Positions 37,676-47,696 of a stretch of DNA of 64,000 bases are shown one piece after another (position 1 is the stretch's first letter; every line of letters begins with the position of its first letter). A program made the position numbers and the translations under genes. The notes beneath the pieces are model-generated. The model did not search any database. It saw only the letters and a list, made by a program, of their open reading frames with translations, and was not told the origin of the DNA. Source of the stretch: Oscillospiraceae bacterium (GTDB taxonomy: Bacteria; Bacillota; Clostridia; Oscillospirales; Oscillospiraceae); NCBI GenBank assembly GCA_017624715.1, contig JAGAMN010000009.1, positions 23,182 through 87,181 of the forward strand, read 5' to 3'.

Positions 37676-40315
37676 TTACATAAGTTCTTCGATTACACCT
37701 TCGTCAAGGTCATCGAAGCCCATTTGGCTTGGCTGACCAGCCTTCATAGCTTCCCACTTTTCTTTTGTGACCAGGATGGCACGGGGCTTACTGCCCTGGA
37801 AAGGCCCGACGATGCCCTTTTCTTCCATCTCATCAACGATTCTGGCTGCACGGGCATAGCCCAGCTTCAGCCGACGCTGGAGCATGGAAACAGAGGCCTG
37901 GCCGGTTTCCAAAATTACATCAACCGCTGCAGGCAGAAGCTCGTCACCATCGGTTTCAGCAGCAGTGGGCTCAGGATCCGATGCGGTAGCGGGCTTACCG
38001 GAACCGGTTTGTGCCGCCTTGCGCTCGATCTCGTCCATAACCTGCTGGTCGTAGGAATTGGTGAAGTTATCCTTGACATAGTTGGCAACCGCCTCGACCT
38101 CTGGGTCACTAACGAAGCAACCCTGGACACGCAGGGGCTTGCCAGCGCCGATGGGCGCATAGAGCATATCGCCACGTCCAACCAGCTTTTCAGCACCCAT
38201 GGTATCCAGAATGATGCGGGATTCCATGGCAGATGCAACCGCGAATGCTATACGGGACGGAATGTTTGCCTTCATAAGGCCGGTAATTACATCGGCAGAA
38301 GGACGCTGGGTAGCGATGACCAGGTGGATACCGGCGGCACGACCCATCTGGGCAATACGGCAGATGGACTCTTCCACTTCCTTGGCGGCGACCAGCATCA
38401 AGTCAGCCAACTCGTCGATAATGACGACGATCTGGGGAAGCTTGCTGCCCTCTTCTTCTGCCTCAACGATGGAGTTGTAGCTTTCTAGGTCACGGACGCC
38501 AGCATCGGACATGGTCTTATAGCGGCGCATCATTTCAGTAACCGCCCACTGCAGAGAACCGGCCGCCTTCTTGGGGTCAGTCACCACGGGGATCAGCAGA
38601 TGCGGAATGCCGTTGTAAATACCCAGTTCGACCATTTTGGGATCGACCATGATGAGTTTAACATCCTCAGGACTTGCCTTATACAGCAAGGATATGATGA
38701 TGGAGTTCATGCACACAGACTTACCGGAACCGGTAGTACCGGCTATAAGCATATGGGGCAACTTAGAAATATTACCCACGATGCAGTTACCGCTGATATC
38801 CTTACCAACCGCAAAGGAAGATTTGGAATTTGCACGGTTGAATTCATTGGAGTCGATGACTTCACGCAGCGAAACCGTGGTAACCGCACGATTGGGAACT
38901 TCGATACCAACAACCGAGATTTTACCGGGTACTGCGGCAATACGAACGCCGGATGCACCGAGGCTCAATGCGATATCGTCAGCACAGGAGGTCAGCTTAT
39001 TCAAGCGGACACCCTTATCCAGTTCCACCTCGTAACGGGTGACGCTGGGGCCACGGGTCACATTAATGATATGAGCTTCGATCTTGAAGCTTGCCAAAGT
39101 CTCGTTCAAACGGCGGGTATTTTCACGCATTTCCATCGTGCCGTCGGTGGTGCTGCGGCTGGCGTTTTTCAGCAGATCAATGGGCGGATAGCAGTATTCG
39201 GGTTTGACCACAGTCTCTGCTTCGGCGATCTCTGCGGCAACCTGTGCGGCAGATTCTGCAGCATCTTTGGCTGTGACTTTATCCAGCTTGACCTCCTGAA
39301 CAGGTGCAGCAGGCTCTTCGCTTTTTTCAAATGCAGGCATCTGCTCGGGAACAGGCTCCATGGAAACAACGTTAGAGCTGAGCTTTTCTTTGGGCTTATT
39401 ATCAGACAGGATCAGATCTACTTCTACGTCCTCGGTAACTGCATTGGAAGCAGCGGCAACAGGCTCATCTACATCGCCATCGATCTGACTCATGAAGTCA
39501 TCGGACTTCTTTCGGGGCTTAGGCGTAGTTTTGGGCGGTTCGGGTTTCAATTCTGCCATTTCCGCTTCCAGTTCCTCCCGCTCAGCCTGGAGTCGGCGAC
39601 GGTTTTCCTTATGCTCGATACGCTTGTTGGCAATGTGATTGACAACAACCGCAGCAGGCTCCTGAACTTCTTCCCGCTCCTCATCCTCCCAGTCGGCTCT
39701 GGGGCGGTTTTGAACCGCACGAACGATACTGGGTATGGTAATTTGAATAGCGGCAAGCAGCGTCAGTACAGCCGCTACAACAAAGATTATGTAGGGGATC
39801 ACAGGGCCGCAGAGAGATTTCACCAGATGGCCGATGCCACCGCAAAGCAAACCTGCTGTTGTTCCGTTAAGGCCGCCCTGATACAGGACTCCGAGCATCG
39901 CACCGACGCTGGGTGCTTCGGGTTCCGGAAGCCCAAGCTGATAAACGCAACCGCAAATCAGCACAAATACGATCAAGCAAACGCTGCGAAGGATGACAGG
40001 TCGCTTGCCGCTGAATGCCTGGATCACAAACAGATACAGAAGCGCAGGAATGGCAATATAAAACGCAGCTTTACCAATGATGCCCAGAATAAAGGGCAAC
40101 AGAACTTTCTCGACCAGAAGGCCCTCCGGCCAAAGGAAAATAACAAGAAACAGAATAAACATGCCCAAACTGACTGCAGAAGTGATCAGCCGGACAGGAA
40201 TCACCGTCTTCTCCTCGCTGGCGGTTTTCTTTTGGGTGTTTTTGCCGCCGGACTTATTGGGCTGCTTCTTTGCAGCTGCCTTTTGGGCCTGGGATTTGGA
40301 TTTTTGATTCGCCAT
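37676..40315 (-). CDS. ftsK: DNA translocase FtsK/SpoIIIE
   Basis: N-terminal TMs; AGTTGSGKS, DELADLM, ATQRPS; gamma domain SMLQRRLKLGYARAAR. Confidence 0.96.
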   Translation of the reverse strand: MANQKSKSQAQKAAAKKQPNKSGGKNTQKKTASEEKTVIPVRLITSAVSLGMFILFLVIFLWPEGLLVEKVLLPFILGIIGKAAFYIAIPALLYLFVIQAFSGKRPVILRSVCLIVFVLICGCVYQLGLPEPEAPSVGAMLGVLYQGGLNGTTAGLLCGGIGHLVKSLCGPVIPYIIFVVAAVLTLLAAIQITIPSIVRAVQNRPRADWEDEEREEVQEPAAVVVNHIANKRIEHKENRRRLQAEREELEAEMAELKPEPPKTTPKPRKKSDDFMSQIDGDVDEPVAAASNAVTEDVEVDLILSDNKPKEKLSSNVVSMEPVPEQMPAFEKSEEPAAPVQEVKLDKVTAKDAAESAAQVAAEIAEAETVVKPEYCYPPIDLLKNASRSTTDGTMEMRENTRRLNETLASFKIEAHIINVTRGPSVTRYEVELDKGVRLNKLTSCADDIALSLGASGVRIAAVPGKISVVGIEVPNRAVTTVSLREVIDSNEFNRANSKSSFAVGKDISGNCIVGNISKLPHMLIAGTTGSGKSVCMNSIIISLLYKASPEDVKLIMVDPKMVELGIYNGIPHLLIPVVTDPKKAAGSLQWAVTEMMRRYKTMSDAGVRDLESYNSIVEAEEEGSKLPQIVVIIDELADLMLVAAKEVEESICRIAQMGRAAGIHLVIATQRPSADVITGLMKANIPSRIAFAVASAMESRIILDTMGAEKLVGRGDMLYAPIGAGKPLRVQGCFVSDPEVEAVANYVKDNFTNSYDQQVMDEIERKAAQTGSGKPATASDPEPTAAETDGDELLPAAVDVILETGQASVSMLQRRLKLGYARAARIVDEMEEKGIVGPFQGSKPRAILVTKEKWEAMKAGQPSQMGFDDLDEGVIEELM

Positions 40316-40329
40316 TTGGAATCTCTCCT

Positions 40330-41154
40330 TTATATCGTCAGGTATAAAATAAGGGTAAACATAGCTGCGCCCCAGCTATAGTAGGCGAAGCCGGAAAAGC
40401 CAACTTTTACGGATAAAAATCGCAGAAATATAATGCACAGATATGCTGTAGGTGCGGCAATTAGCATTGCAATAACACCGGATAATATCCATGCACCGGT
40501 AAGTGCCGTACCGGCAGCAATCAAAAAATACAGGTCGAACAGAACCAGCGCGATCAGCGCAGGAATGCATAGAAGTAAAATCAGATCCAAAACATAGCGA
40601 CGCTGGCAGCCCCGCAGAATACCGGAGGTAGTAAAACCGGCGATTCTGGAAATGCCCGGTAGCATTGCCAGAGCAGCACCGAGACCCATCAACAGGCCAT
40701 CCAGGCCAGAAACAGTCGTGGCATCCTTATTGCCCTGGGGGACATAGGGTGCAATGTAAAGCACGATGCCGTTGATTGTCAGCATCAGTGCCGAAGCCCA
40801 CAGGCTCTGAGTCCAACTGTGGGTATAGGGCCAGGCGATAAAGCCCAGAAGGATCGGGACAAGAGCGGTCCGAAGGATCCGCAGATTACTAAGCGCAACT
40901 GGATCGGGCTGGCGTTTGCGCCGCTTTGCCGGAATTGCCAGCAAGGCGCGCTCTCTGCGCAATCTGGCCAAATGCGGAACGCAGGAAATAATCAATGCAG
41001 CCAAGACACCCAGGTGAATCAGCAAATTCACGAAGGGACTGACTTCCACGCCAAATAACAACCCCAAAAGGTCGCGGTGCGCTTCCGCGGAAACAGGGAG
41101 GAACTCTGTGGCACCGGCCAGGAATCCGTATAGAAGGCTTTGAATCCAATTCAT
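40330..41154 (-). CDS. uppP: Undecaprenyl-diphosphate phosphatase (BacA/UppP) homolog with degenerate active site
   Basis: TEFLPVSAEAH, HLG, LPGISR, FAYY. Confidence 0.8.
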   Translation of the reverse strand: MNWIQSLLYGFLAGATEFLPVSAEAHRDLLGLLFGVEVSPFVNLLIHLGVLAALIISCVPHLARLRRERALLAIPAKRRKRQPDPVALSNLRILRTALVPILLGFIAWPYTHSWTQSLWASALMLTINGIVLYIAPYVPQGNKDATTVSGLDGLLMGLGAALAMLPGISRIAGFTTSGILRGCQRRYVLDLILLLCIPALIALVLFDLYFLIAAGTALTGAWILSGVIAMLIAAPTAYLCIIFLRFLSVKVGFSGFAYYSWGAAMFTLILYLTI

Positions 41155-41241
41155 TCCAGCACCATCTCCCCTCTTGATTATCGTTAAATATTATGATAAC
41201 ATAATCTCAGAAGAATTTCCACCCTATTTCAAAAAAATCTG

Positions 41242-41940
41242 TCAGTTTCCACCCCGTTTATTTTTATCGGAACGCTCGATCATTTTGTGCAGGGCGGAAA
41301 GAGCGTCATTCAAGCCACCCAGCTTATCGATCAAGCCGGAAGACACGGCTTCTTTGCCGTAGAGAATGGTGCCCACATCGGTGGCCATCTCCCCTGTTGC
41401 CATCATATAGTGTTCGAAATCCTCACGGCTGATTTTGGAATTGGATGTGACAAAATCCGCGATCTGCTCCTGGATCCGCTGGAAGTATCGAAAGGTTTGG
41501 GGTGCGCCAACCACAAGGCCTGTCATGCGGACCGGATGAACTGTCATGCTGGCTGTAGGTGTGATGAAAGATTTTTTTGTACATACGGCCAACGGAATAC
41601 CGATGGAGTGTCCGCCGCCAAGAACCAGGGAAACTGTAGGTTTTTTCATTCCGGCGATCATTTCTGCAATGGCCAGTCCTGCCTCGATATCACCGCCAAC
41701 GGTGTTCAGCAGAAGCAAAAGGCCGTCGATCTCGTCACTTTCTTCGATACCGGCAAGCAGCGGCAACACATGTTCATACTTCGTGGTTTTGCAGTTTTCA
41801 GGGAGTACCTGGTGACCCTCCACCTGTCCGATAATGGTTAGCGTGTAGATATTACCTTTGTCGCTTTTAGTGATATCCGAGCCGAGCTCGACCACCTGTT
41901 CCCGTTCCTGTTTTTTCATATCTGCATTATTATCTTGCAT
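41242..41940 (-). CDS. tepA: TepA (ClpP-like protease)
   Basis: IGQVEGH, TTKYEHVLP, LNTVGGD, GGHSIG, HPVR; upstream of ftsK. Confidence 0.92.
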   Translation of the reverse strand: MQDNNADMKKQEREQVVELGSDITKSDKGNIYTLTIIGQVEGHQVLPENCKTTKYEHVLPLLAGIEESDEIDGLLLLLNTVGGDIEAGLAIAEMIAGMKKPTVSLVLGGGHSIGIPLAVCTKKSFITPTASMTVHPVRMTGLVVGAPQTFRYFQRIQEQIADFVTSNSKISREDFEHYMMATGEMATDVGTILYGKEAVSSGLIDKLGGLNDALSALHKMIERSDKNKRGGN

Positions 41941-41960
41941 GGAAATTCCTCCTTTTTTCT

Positions 41961-41991
41961 TAGGTTTTCCACGCAATGTCAATATTTATAC
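41961..41991 (-). promoter_or_regulatory. Forespore sigmaF/G-like promoter of tepA
   Basis: GTATA-N16-GGAAAACCTA on the minus strand. Confidence 0.55.
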
Positions 41992-42033
41992 CACTTTTAC
42001 TGCAGAGTCTGTAGTTTTTACAAAGGAGTTTCT

Positions 42034-43065
42034 ATGAAGCAAAGGACATTATTGATTTTAGCTGTGTGCTTATTGGCGGTTTTTATTTCACTGGTTGTCG
42101 TTGCCGGCAAATCGCCCCAGGGTAATACACCGGAAACAACAGAGCCCACATATTCCAGTGAGCCCACAAGTCCGTCAACAACACCTACGGATCCGTCTAC
42201 GATTCCTACCGAGCCCACAGTTGGTTCGGAGGCAACGGAGCCCAGCCAGACCACGCCGCCCACAGAAGCAACTGAGCCGCCGGTAACCTCCGAGCCCACA
42301 GAAGCAACTCAGCCCCAGACAAAGCCCACCCAGCCTGGCGGTGAATACATTGGTAACCTCTACACCCGGCAGGAACTGGAAGCCATGGAAAATGTCAGCA
42401 AGGGCTACGGTCCCGGAATTGCAAAGAACGGCAATCGGGCGCCGTACGCAGAGTCCAATCAAAAAGCATACGGCAAATATGGCGGCAACTTCATTGGGCC
42501 GGACAATGGCTGCATTTATTTGACATTTGACTGCGGTTATGAATATCAGAATCTAACTGCAGACATTCTGGATACTCTGAAAGAGAAGAATGTCAAAGCT
42601 GTATTCTTTGTCACCATGCAATATGTCAAAGAGAATCCTGCGTATGTGCAGCGAATGATCGACGAAGGTCACGTGGTTGGCAATCACACCAATAAGCATC
42701 CTTCTATGCCCTCCTGCTCCATTGACAGAATGGTCAGCGAAGTTATGACCCTGCACAACTACATGATCGAGCACTTTAACTATGAAATGACCCTGTTCCG
42801 TCCTCCCACGGGTGCATTTTCCACCCGATCCTTGGCCGTGGTACAGAGCCTGGGTTACAAAAACGTCCACTGGAGCTTTGCCTATAAGGATTGGGAAACC
42901 GCAAATCAGCCGAATCCCACCGAGGCGCTGAAGACCATTACCGAACGCCACCACAGCGGCGCGATCTATCTGCTTCACGCAGTTTCCAGTACGAACGCCG
43001 CCGTTTTAGGCGATGCCATTGACTTCTTTATCGCACAGGGTTACAAACTGGAGCTGTTCCAGTAA
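42034..43065 (+). CDS. PdaA-like polysaccharide deacetylase with P/T/E-rich linker
   Basis: YLTFDCGYE, GNHTNKH, FRPPTG, WSFAYKDW, LLHAVS. Confidence 0.88.
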   Translation: MKQRTLLILAVCLLAVFISLVVVAGKSPQGNTPETTEPTYSSEPTSPSTTPTDPSTIPTEPTVGSEATEPSQTTPPTEATEPPVTSEPTEATQPQTKPTQPGGEYIGNLYTRQELEAMENVSKGYGPGIAKNGNRAPYAESNQKAYGKYGGNFIGPDNGCIYLTFDCGYEYQNLTADILDTLKEKNVKAVFFVTMQYVKENPAYVQRMIDEGHVVGNHTNKHPSMPSCSIDRMVSEVMTLHNYMIEHFNYEMTLFRPPTGAFSTRSLAVVQSLGYKNVHWSFAYKDWETANQPNPTEALKTITERHHSGAIYLLHAVSSTNAAVLGDAIDFFIAQGYKLELFQ

Positions 43066-43105
43066 CGAAGAAAGCGCATCCGTTTTTACGGATGCGCTTT
43101 TTGTA

Positions 43106-44560
43106 TCATCTGTTGATATTCTGATGGAATACAGGACTGGTGGCATCCAACGGCAGGAAGGTGTAGCCATTGGCAAGGCCCCATTGGATGATCTTCTCTA
43201 CAGCATCAACGCTGTGAGATTTGATATCGTGCTGCAGAACACAGGAAACATCGTGCTTTTTGATGCCGGCAATCACAGCATTGTACACTGCATCCGCGGT
43301 TTTATTCGCGCCGGTATCCTCACTGGAAACATTCCAGTCAAAATACTGATATCCCATATTGGTCAGATCTTTGACTAGTTCGGCATTAATACCGGCATAG
43401 TATTTCTTGAACATACTGGCTCCACTGCCACCGGGGAAACGGCACAGCGTAGTCCACTCGCCGGTTTGCTCATAGATCACCTGCCGAATGGCGTTAAAGT
43501 CATTAAAGAAGCCTTCTTTACTGGAATAGATAGCGGAATAATTATGGGAATAGGTATGAATGCCAATGGCATGCCCCTCATTCACAATTCGCTTCATTGC
43601 ACCAGCATACTTCGGGCTCTGATTGGTAACAAAGAATGTGGCCTTGACATTGTATTTTGCAAGGATGTCCAGCAAACGGTCAGTATAGGAACAAGGGCCG
43701 TCATCAAATGTCAGATAAATGACTTTACCGGTAGGCTCTACGATGTCCGGCTGCTTCATCTGTTCCACAATGACAGTACGGGTGGCAGTTGTGGTATTGC
43801 CGTGGGCATCCGTTGCCGTGTAGGTCAAGGTATAGGTTCCGGGAACGGCGACATTTACACTGCCATCCACACGTACATGGGACGTAAGATCACCATCGCA
43901 ATTATCAACTGCGGTGTAGCCGGGTTCAGTGAAGGGTGTACCGGAAAGCAAAGTTATCTGTGTATCACCCAGCAAATTAAGCTCGGGAGCAACCGGATCA
44001 TCATACCGGATGCTGCGGCGCACTTCGGTAGTATTGCCGGAGGAGTCTGTAACCGTATAAATGATTTCCGTATCGCTAACGGTACGCTTTACCAAGTGGG
44101 TAATGTCACCGTCGCGGTTATCGATGGCAGTAAAGCCCTCCTCTTCATAGGCATGGCCAGGCAGTGTAAAGCTGTCCGGGTTGCTGTTTAAAGCAATCAC
44201 AGGAGCAACTGCATCCACCAAATTCACAGTACGGACAGCAAAGCAACGAATCCACAGGAATTTTGCCTCATATTGCAGGGTAACTTCACCGAGTTCGGCA
44301 GAATCCGGTATGGAGGGCATAGCAACCGGAAGTTCTATGCCAAATCCGGGAATCAAATTACTGCGAACAATTGCATAGGCACCGGGGTCAGTATAGTCCG
44401 TACCGTAATCCAGGGTCAGATTATCCTGTCCGTCGAGGCATATTTCCATGGTCAGGGTGCTGCAAAACACAAGACCCACAATAGTTGCCAAAAGAATAAC
44501 TGACACAACAATCAGCGAAATTGTGGACCCGGACATTCTCTTTCTCTTAGGGATTTTCAA
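43106..44560 (-). CDS. Polysaccharide deacetylase with Ig-like (DUF5011-type) repeats
   Basis: Repeats EPGYTAVDNCDGDLT..YTATDAHGN; YLTFDDGP, HTYSH, RFPGG, LQHD. Confidence 0.9.
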   Translation of the reverse strand: MKIPKRKRMSGSTISLIVVSVILLATIVGLVFCSTLTMEICLDGQDNLTLDYGTDYTDPGAYAIVRSNLIPGFGIELPVAMPSIPDSAELGEVTLQYEAKFLWIRCFAVRTVNLVDAVAPVIALNSNPDSFTLPGHAYEEEGFTAIDNRDGDITHLVKRTVSDTEIIYTVTDSSGNTTEVRRSIRYDDPVAPELNLLGDTQITLLSGTPFTEPGYTAVDNCDGDLTSHVRVDGSVNVAVPGTYTLTYTATDAHGNTTTATRTVIVEQMKQPDIVEPTGKVIYLTFDDGPCSYTDRLLDILAKYNVKATFFVTNQSPKYAGAMKRIVNEGHAIGIHTYSHNYSAIYSSKEGFFNDFNAIRQVIYEQTGEWTTLCRFPGGSGASMFKKYYAGINAELVKDLTNMGYQYFDWNVSSEDTGANKTADAVYNAVIAGIKKHDVSCVLQHDIKSHSVDAVEKIIQWGLANGYTFLPLDATSPVFHQNINR

Positions 44561-44570
44561 TGTTAATCAC

Positions 44571-45401
44571 TCACTTATTCAGCATTTGAATCAAATCCGG
44601 CAAGGCTGTTTCAAACTTGACTCCATACCAGTGGTTCGGGTCATCAAGGGTCTTGCGGATGCAAAGCGCCACATATTCAGCTGCAATTGCAGCAGCCTGT
44701 TCCATTGTCTTGCCGCCAGCAAGGGCGCCAACAAAGGCAGAGGCAAAAATATCGCCGGTTCCGTGGTAGCTCTTGGACTCCTGAGGATGGCTGTAATACC
44801 ACTTTTGACCGTTCTGATAAATCACGACACCGGTCTGATCCGGTGCATAACCCACGCCGGTGAGCACAACAGTTCCATTGCCCATTGCGCCAAGCTTGGC
44901 GAGCAGTGCATCCACATAAGCTTCATCATAGGTTTCCTGGTAAGGATGTCCGGTCATGAAGCAGGCTTCCGTAATGTTGGGAATCATAATATCTGCCTGA
45001 GCACAAAGCTCCGCCATTGCAGCAGCGTAAACTTCATCAAACAAGGGGTAGAGCTTACCGTGATCACCCATGGCAGGATCCACGATGGTCTTACAGCCAT
45101 TCTTGGCAAAGGCAGCAAAAATATCCTTCACGTAACCAATCTGCAGGGTACTACCCAGATAACCGGTGTAGATATAGTCGAAGGCAATATTTTCCTTTTC
45201 CCAATGCTGGCGAATGGAGGGAATATCCTCAGTCAGGTCATGGAAAGTAAAATTTGTGAAGCCATAGGTATGGGTAGACAGCACTGCAGAAGGCAAAATG
45301 CAGGTTTCCTGACCACAGGCGGACAAAATAGGCAATGCAACAGTCATTGAGCATTGACCTACACACGAAATATCTTGAATCGTAAGAACGCGTTTATACA
45401 T
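44571..45401 (-). CDS. pdxK: Pyridoxal/pyridoxamine kinase
   Basis: QDISCVGQCS, LSTHT, TGYLG, DPAMGD, PNITEA, HGTGDIFAS. Confidence 0.9.
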   Translation of the reverse strand: MYKRVLTIQDISCVGQCSMTVALPILSACGQETCILPSAVLSTHTYGFTNFTFHDLTEDIPSIRQHWEKENIAFDYIYTGYLGSTLQIGYVKDIFAAFAKNGCKTIVDPAMGDHGKLYPLFDEVYAAAMAELCAQADIMIPNITEACFMTGHPYQETYDEAYVDALLAKLGAMGNGTVVLTGVGYAPDQTGVVIYQNGQKWYYSHPQESKSYHGTGDIFASAFVGALAGGKTMEQAAAIAAEYVALCIRKTLDDPNHWYGVKFETALPDLIQMLNK

Positions 45402-45521
45402 AACATCCTCTCCTAAGGGTAATGTAATCATGGAATTATTATAGCACATCGTTGGATTTTTTCAATAGACGATAAGGAAAAAAGTAGCGAAAAGGAACCT
45501 CCCGGAGGAGGTTCCTCATTA

Positions 45522-47645
45522 TTATTTCTTGTACTGATCCTTTGTAGAAACCTGATAGCGCTCAGCAGAGCCCAACTCATAACCGTTCTCGGTAATGGTC
45601 AGGGTAACTGTGTACTCGCCATTGGTGTAATGCTCCTTGACGTTCAGTTCCTTGTACAGGTGGTAGTTGACGGTGAAATGGCGCTGGTTGCCAACACCAT
45701 CAACCAGGGCATTGAACAGATTGGCGCTGGTGGGCCACAGTGCAACGGTGGGGTTCGCGTAATCGTAAACCTTGGATGTAGCACCGATGTTGCCATGGTG
45801 GGCAACCTGTACGATATCACTCTTAATGTAACGACCATAGCGCTTTGTGAGGATATCGGACATCTGGTCACAAGTGTCGCCGAGAACCAGGAACTTGGTG
45901 TTGTTGGCGGAAACTGTGAAGCAAGTAGAAGCATTGTTGAAGTAACGGATGGTTCTGGGGTAGATATCCTCGGGAGTGGTGAGGAATTCGATCTCCACGC
46001 CGTACATCTTCAGCTTCATACCGGCATGAATGGTATAGCCATAATTGCCGGTGCCGGGGTTCTTGGAGTTGTAGGCAACAGACTCGGGAACAGGATTCTC
46101 GTAATGGCCTTCAATGGTAACTTTCCTGCCGTAGGTTTCACAGAATTTGAAATAAACACCGTTGTGGTCACTGTGGGCATGGGTGATAATCCAGGCACGA
46201 ATGATGATCTGGCCGTCCTCACGCTTATTCAGCTGGTTCAGCAAGTTCCAGATGCGTACATGGTCGTTGTTGGCAGAAGCGCCACTGCGGGTGGTGCTGC
46301 CGCTATCGATCAAGATGAAGGAGCCGTCCTCCAGGGTGATGCAATAGCCCATGCCGCCGGAGTTGGTGCCAAAGTCCAGCTGCAGCTGAGTGATCTGGAC
46401 ATCAGTGATTTTCTTATACTCGCCTGCATCGGGGGCAGGATAATTTGTCTTAACAGCAGAGCTTACAAACAGACGGGTGCTGTTTTCCTTATAGGCATAG
46501 TACACATGGATGTTGTTCTTGCCATTGGTGTAGGTACGGCTGATCAGCAGATCAGGAATATCATTGGACATGATCAGTTCGTAGCCATAATACTCCAGCT
46601 TCTCACAGTAAGCCTTGAAATGGGTATCGGAGGTATTGGTGATGTAGTACTGCAACTCATCCTTGGCAGACTCGGAAGTACCACGGACGACGCCGCCATC
46701 ATAGCTTGGGAATGCGCTGACCCAATTGCTGTTGTTGCGCAGGGTTGCTTCGCCCAGTTCCAGGCTGAGATTCTTATCCTTTGCAGACAGCTTGTCAATG
46801 AAGAACTTGGTTGCCATGGCATTGGCAGCGGTGCTGTAACCGGCAACAACAATGGAGCCATCTATATAACCGAAACCGTACTGGACATAGCCGACGTTGG
46901 ACAGAAACTTACTATAAGCCTCACGATTGGTTTTACCGATTAATATCTCGGGGCCGGTAGCAGGCGCAGCATCGGTCTTCATCTCAACATCAACACCGGT
47001 GACATTCTTGATATGGTCCTTGATGTCACGAGCCATCTTGACTTCATAATCAATACCGCCATTGTAGTAGCCGCTTTCGACAGCATAGGGGTCGCCATTG
47101 TTATCGTCGCAGTGCTGGCTGTAGACAATGGAGAAATTGGTGGCACCGTTCTCTACAATGGCAACATTACTATAGGACTTGGATACCTCCAGAGATGTAT
47201 CCATCTGAATACCCTTGTTGGCGGCCTTGCCGATCAAGCCGTTCTGAACGAACCACTGTACACCGTCAGCATTGTTTCTGTCGCTGGTGCCAACGATGAC
47301 CAGCTTGTTGCCGGTAAACTTCACAGCAAAACCGTTTGCGCCGGCATTCTTCAGAACATCAGCACTTTCAGAGCGGTTGGTCTGGCCAAGCAGGATTTCC
47401 TTGGAGGAGGAATCGGGAGACACTTCAGCATCAGTCTTAACAGGAATCCGTACACCGGTGTGCTCGTTGATCAGATTGGAAAGTGCCTGTGCCTGCTGCT
47501 TCACCTCACTGCCGGCAGAAGCTGCCAGGATAATGGTATACTTGGTCATGTCCTCGCCAATGACATTACTCTTCTGCTCGGTACAACCGGCGAAGCAGGG
47601 CAGAATCATGGCAAGACACAGAATAATCATTAATAGCTTCTTCAT
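45522..47645 (-). CDS. Lipoprotein: two N-terminal EILLGxTNR modules + ComEC-like metallo-beta-lactamase-fold hydrolase
   Basis: FAGC lipobox; EILLGQTNR and EILIGKTNR; IDSG, THAHSDH, NNAS, LGD, HHG. Confidence 0.85.
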   Translation of the reverse strand: MKKLLMIILCLAMILPCFAGCTEQKSNVIGEDMTKYTIILAASAGSEVKQQAQALSNLINEHTGVRIPVKTDAEVSPDSSSKEILLGQTNRSESADVLKNAGANGFAVKFTGNKLVIVGTSDRNNADGVQWFVQNGLIGKAANKGIQMDTSLEVSKSYSNVAIVENGATNFSIVYSQHCDDNNGDPYAVESGYYNGGIDYEVKMARDIKDHIKNVTGVDVEMKTDAAPATGPEILIGKTNREAYSKFLSNVGYVQYGFGYIDGSIVVAGYSTAANAMATKFFIDKLSAKDKNLSLELGEATLRNNSNWVSAFPSYDGGVVRGTSESAKDELQYYITNTSDTHFKAYCEKLEYYGYELIMSNDIPDLLISRTYTNGKNNIHVYYAYKENSTRLFVSSAVKTNYPAPDAGEYKKITDVQITQLQLDFGTNSGGMGYCITLEDGSFILIDSGSTTRSGASANNDHVRIWNLLNQLNKREDGQIIIRAWIITHAHSDHNGVYFKFCETYGRKVTIEGHYENPVPESVAYNSKNPGTGNYGYTIHAGMKLKMYGVEIEFLTTPEDIYPRTIRYFNNASTCFTVSANNTKFLVLGDTCDQMSDILTKRYGRYIKSDIVQVAHHGNIGATSKVYDYANPTVALWPTSANLFNALVDGVGNQRHFTVNYHLYKELNVKEHYTNGEYTVTLTITENGYELGSAERYQVSTKDQYKK

Positions 47646-47696
47646 GTTATTTATCCTTTCACAAAGAGTTTCTGTTTGCATGTCAAAGATCTGCAA

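Noticed and set aside
37600-37676. Riboswitch upstream of the ECF S component
   Set aside because: Only about 75 bp with one small hairpin; no aptamer motif I can recognise.
38600-40381. 593-aa + strand ORF
   Set aside because: Antisense shadow of ftsK; no motifs; expected from codon bias.
42120-42335. Repetitive DNA in the PdaA-like gene
   Set aside because: Encodes a low-complexity P/T/E linker, not a separate repeat element.
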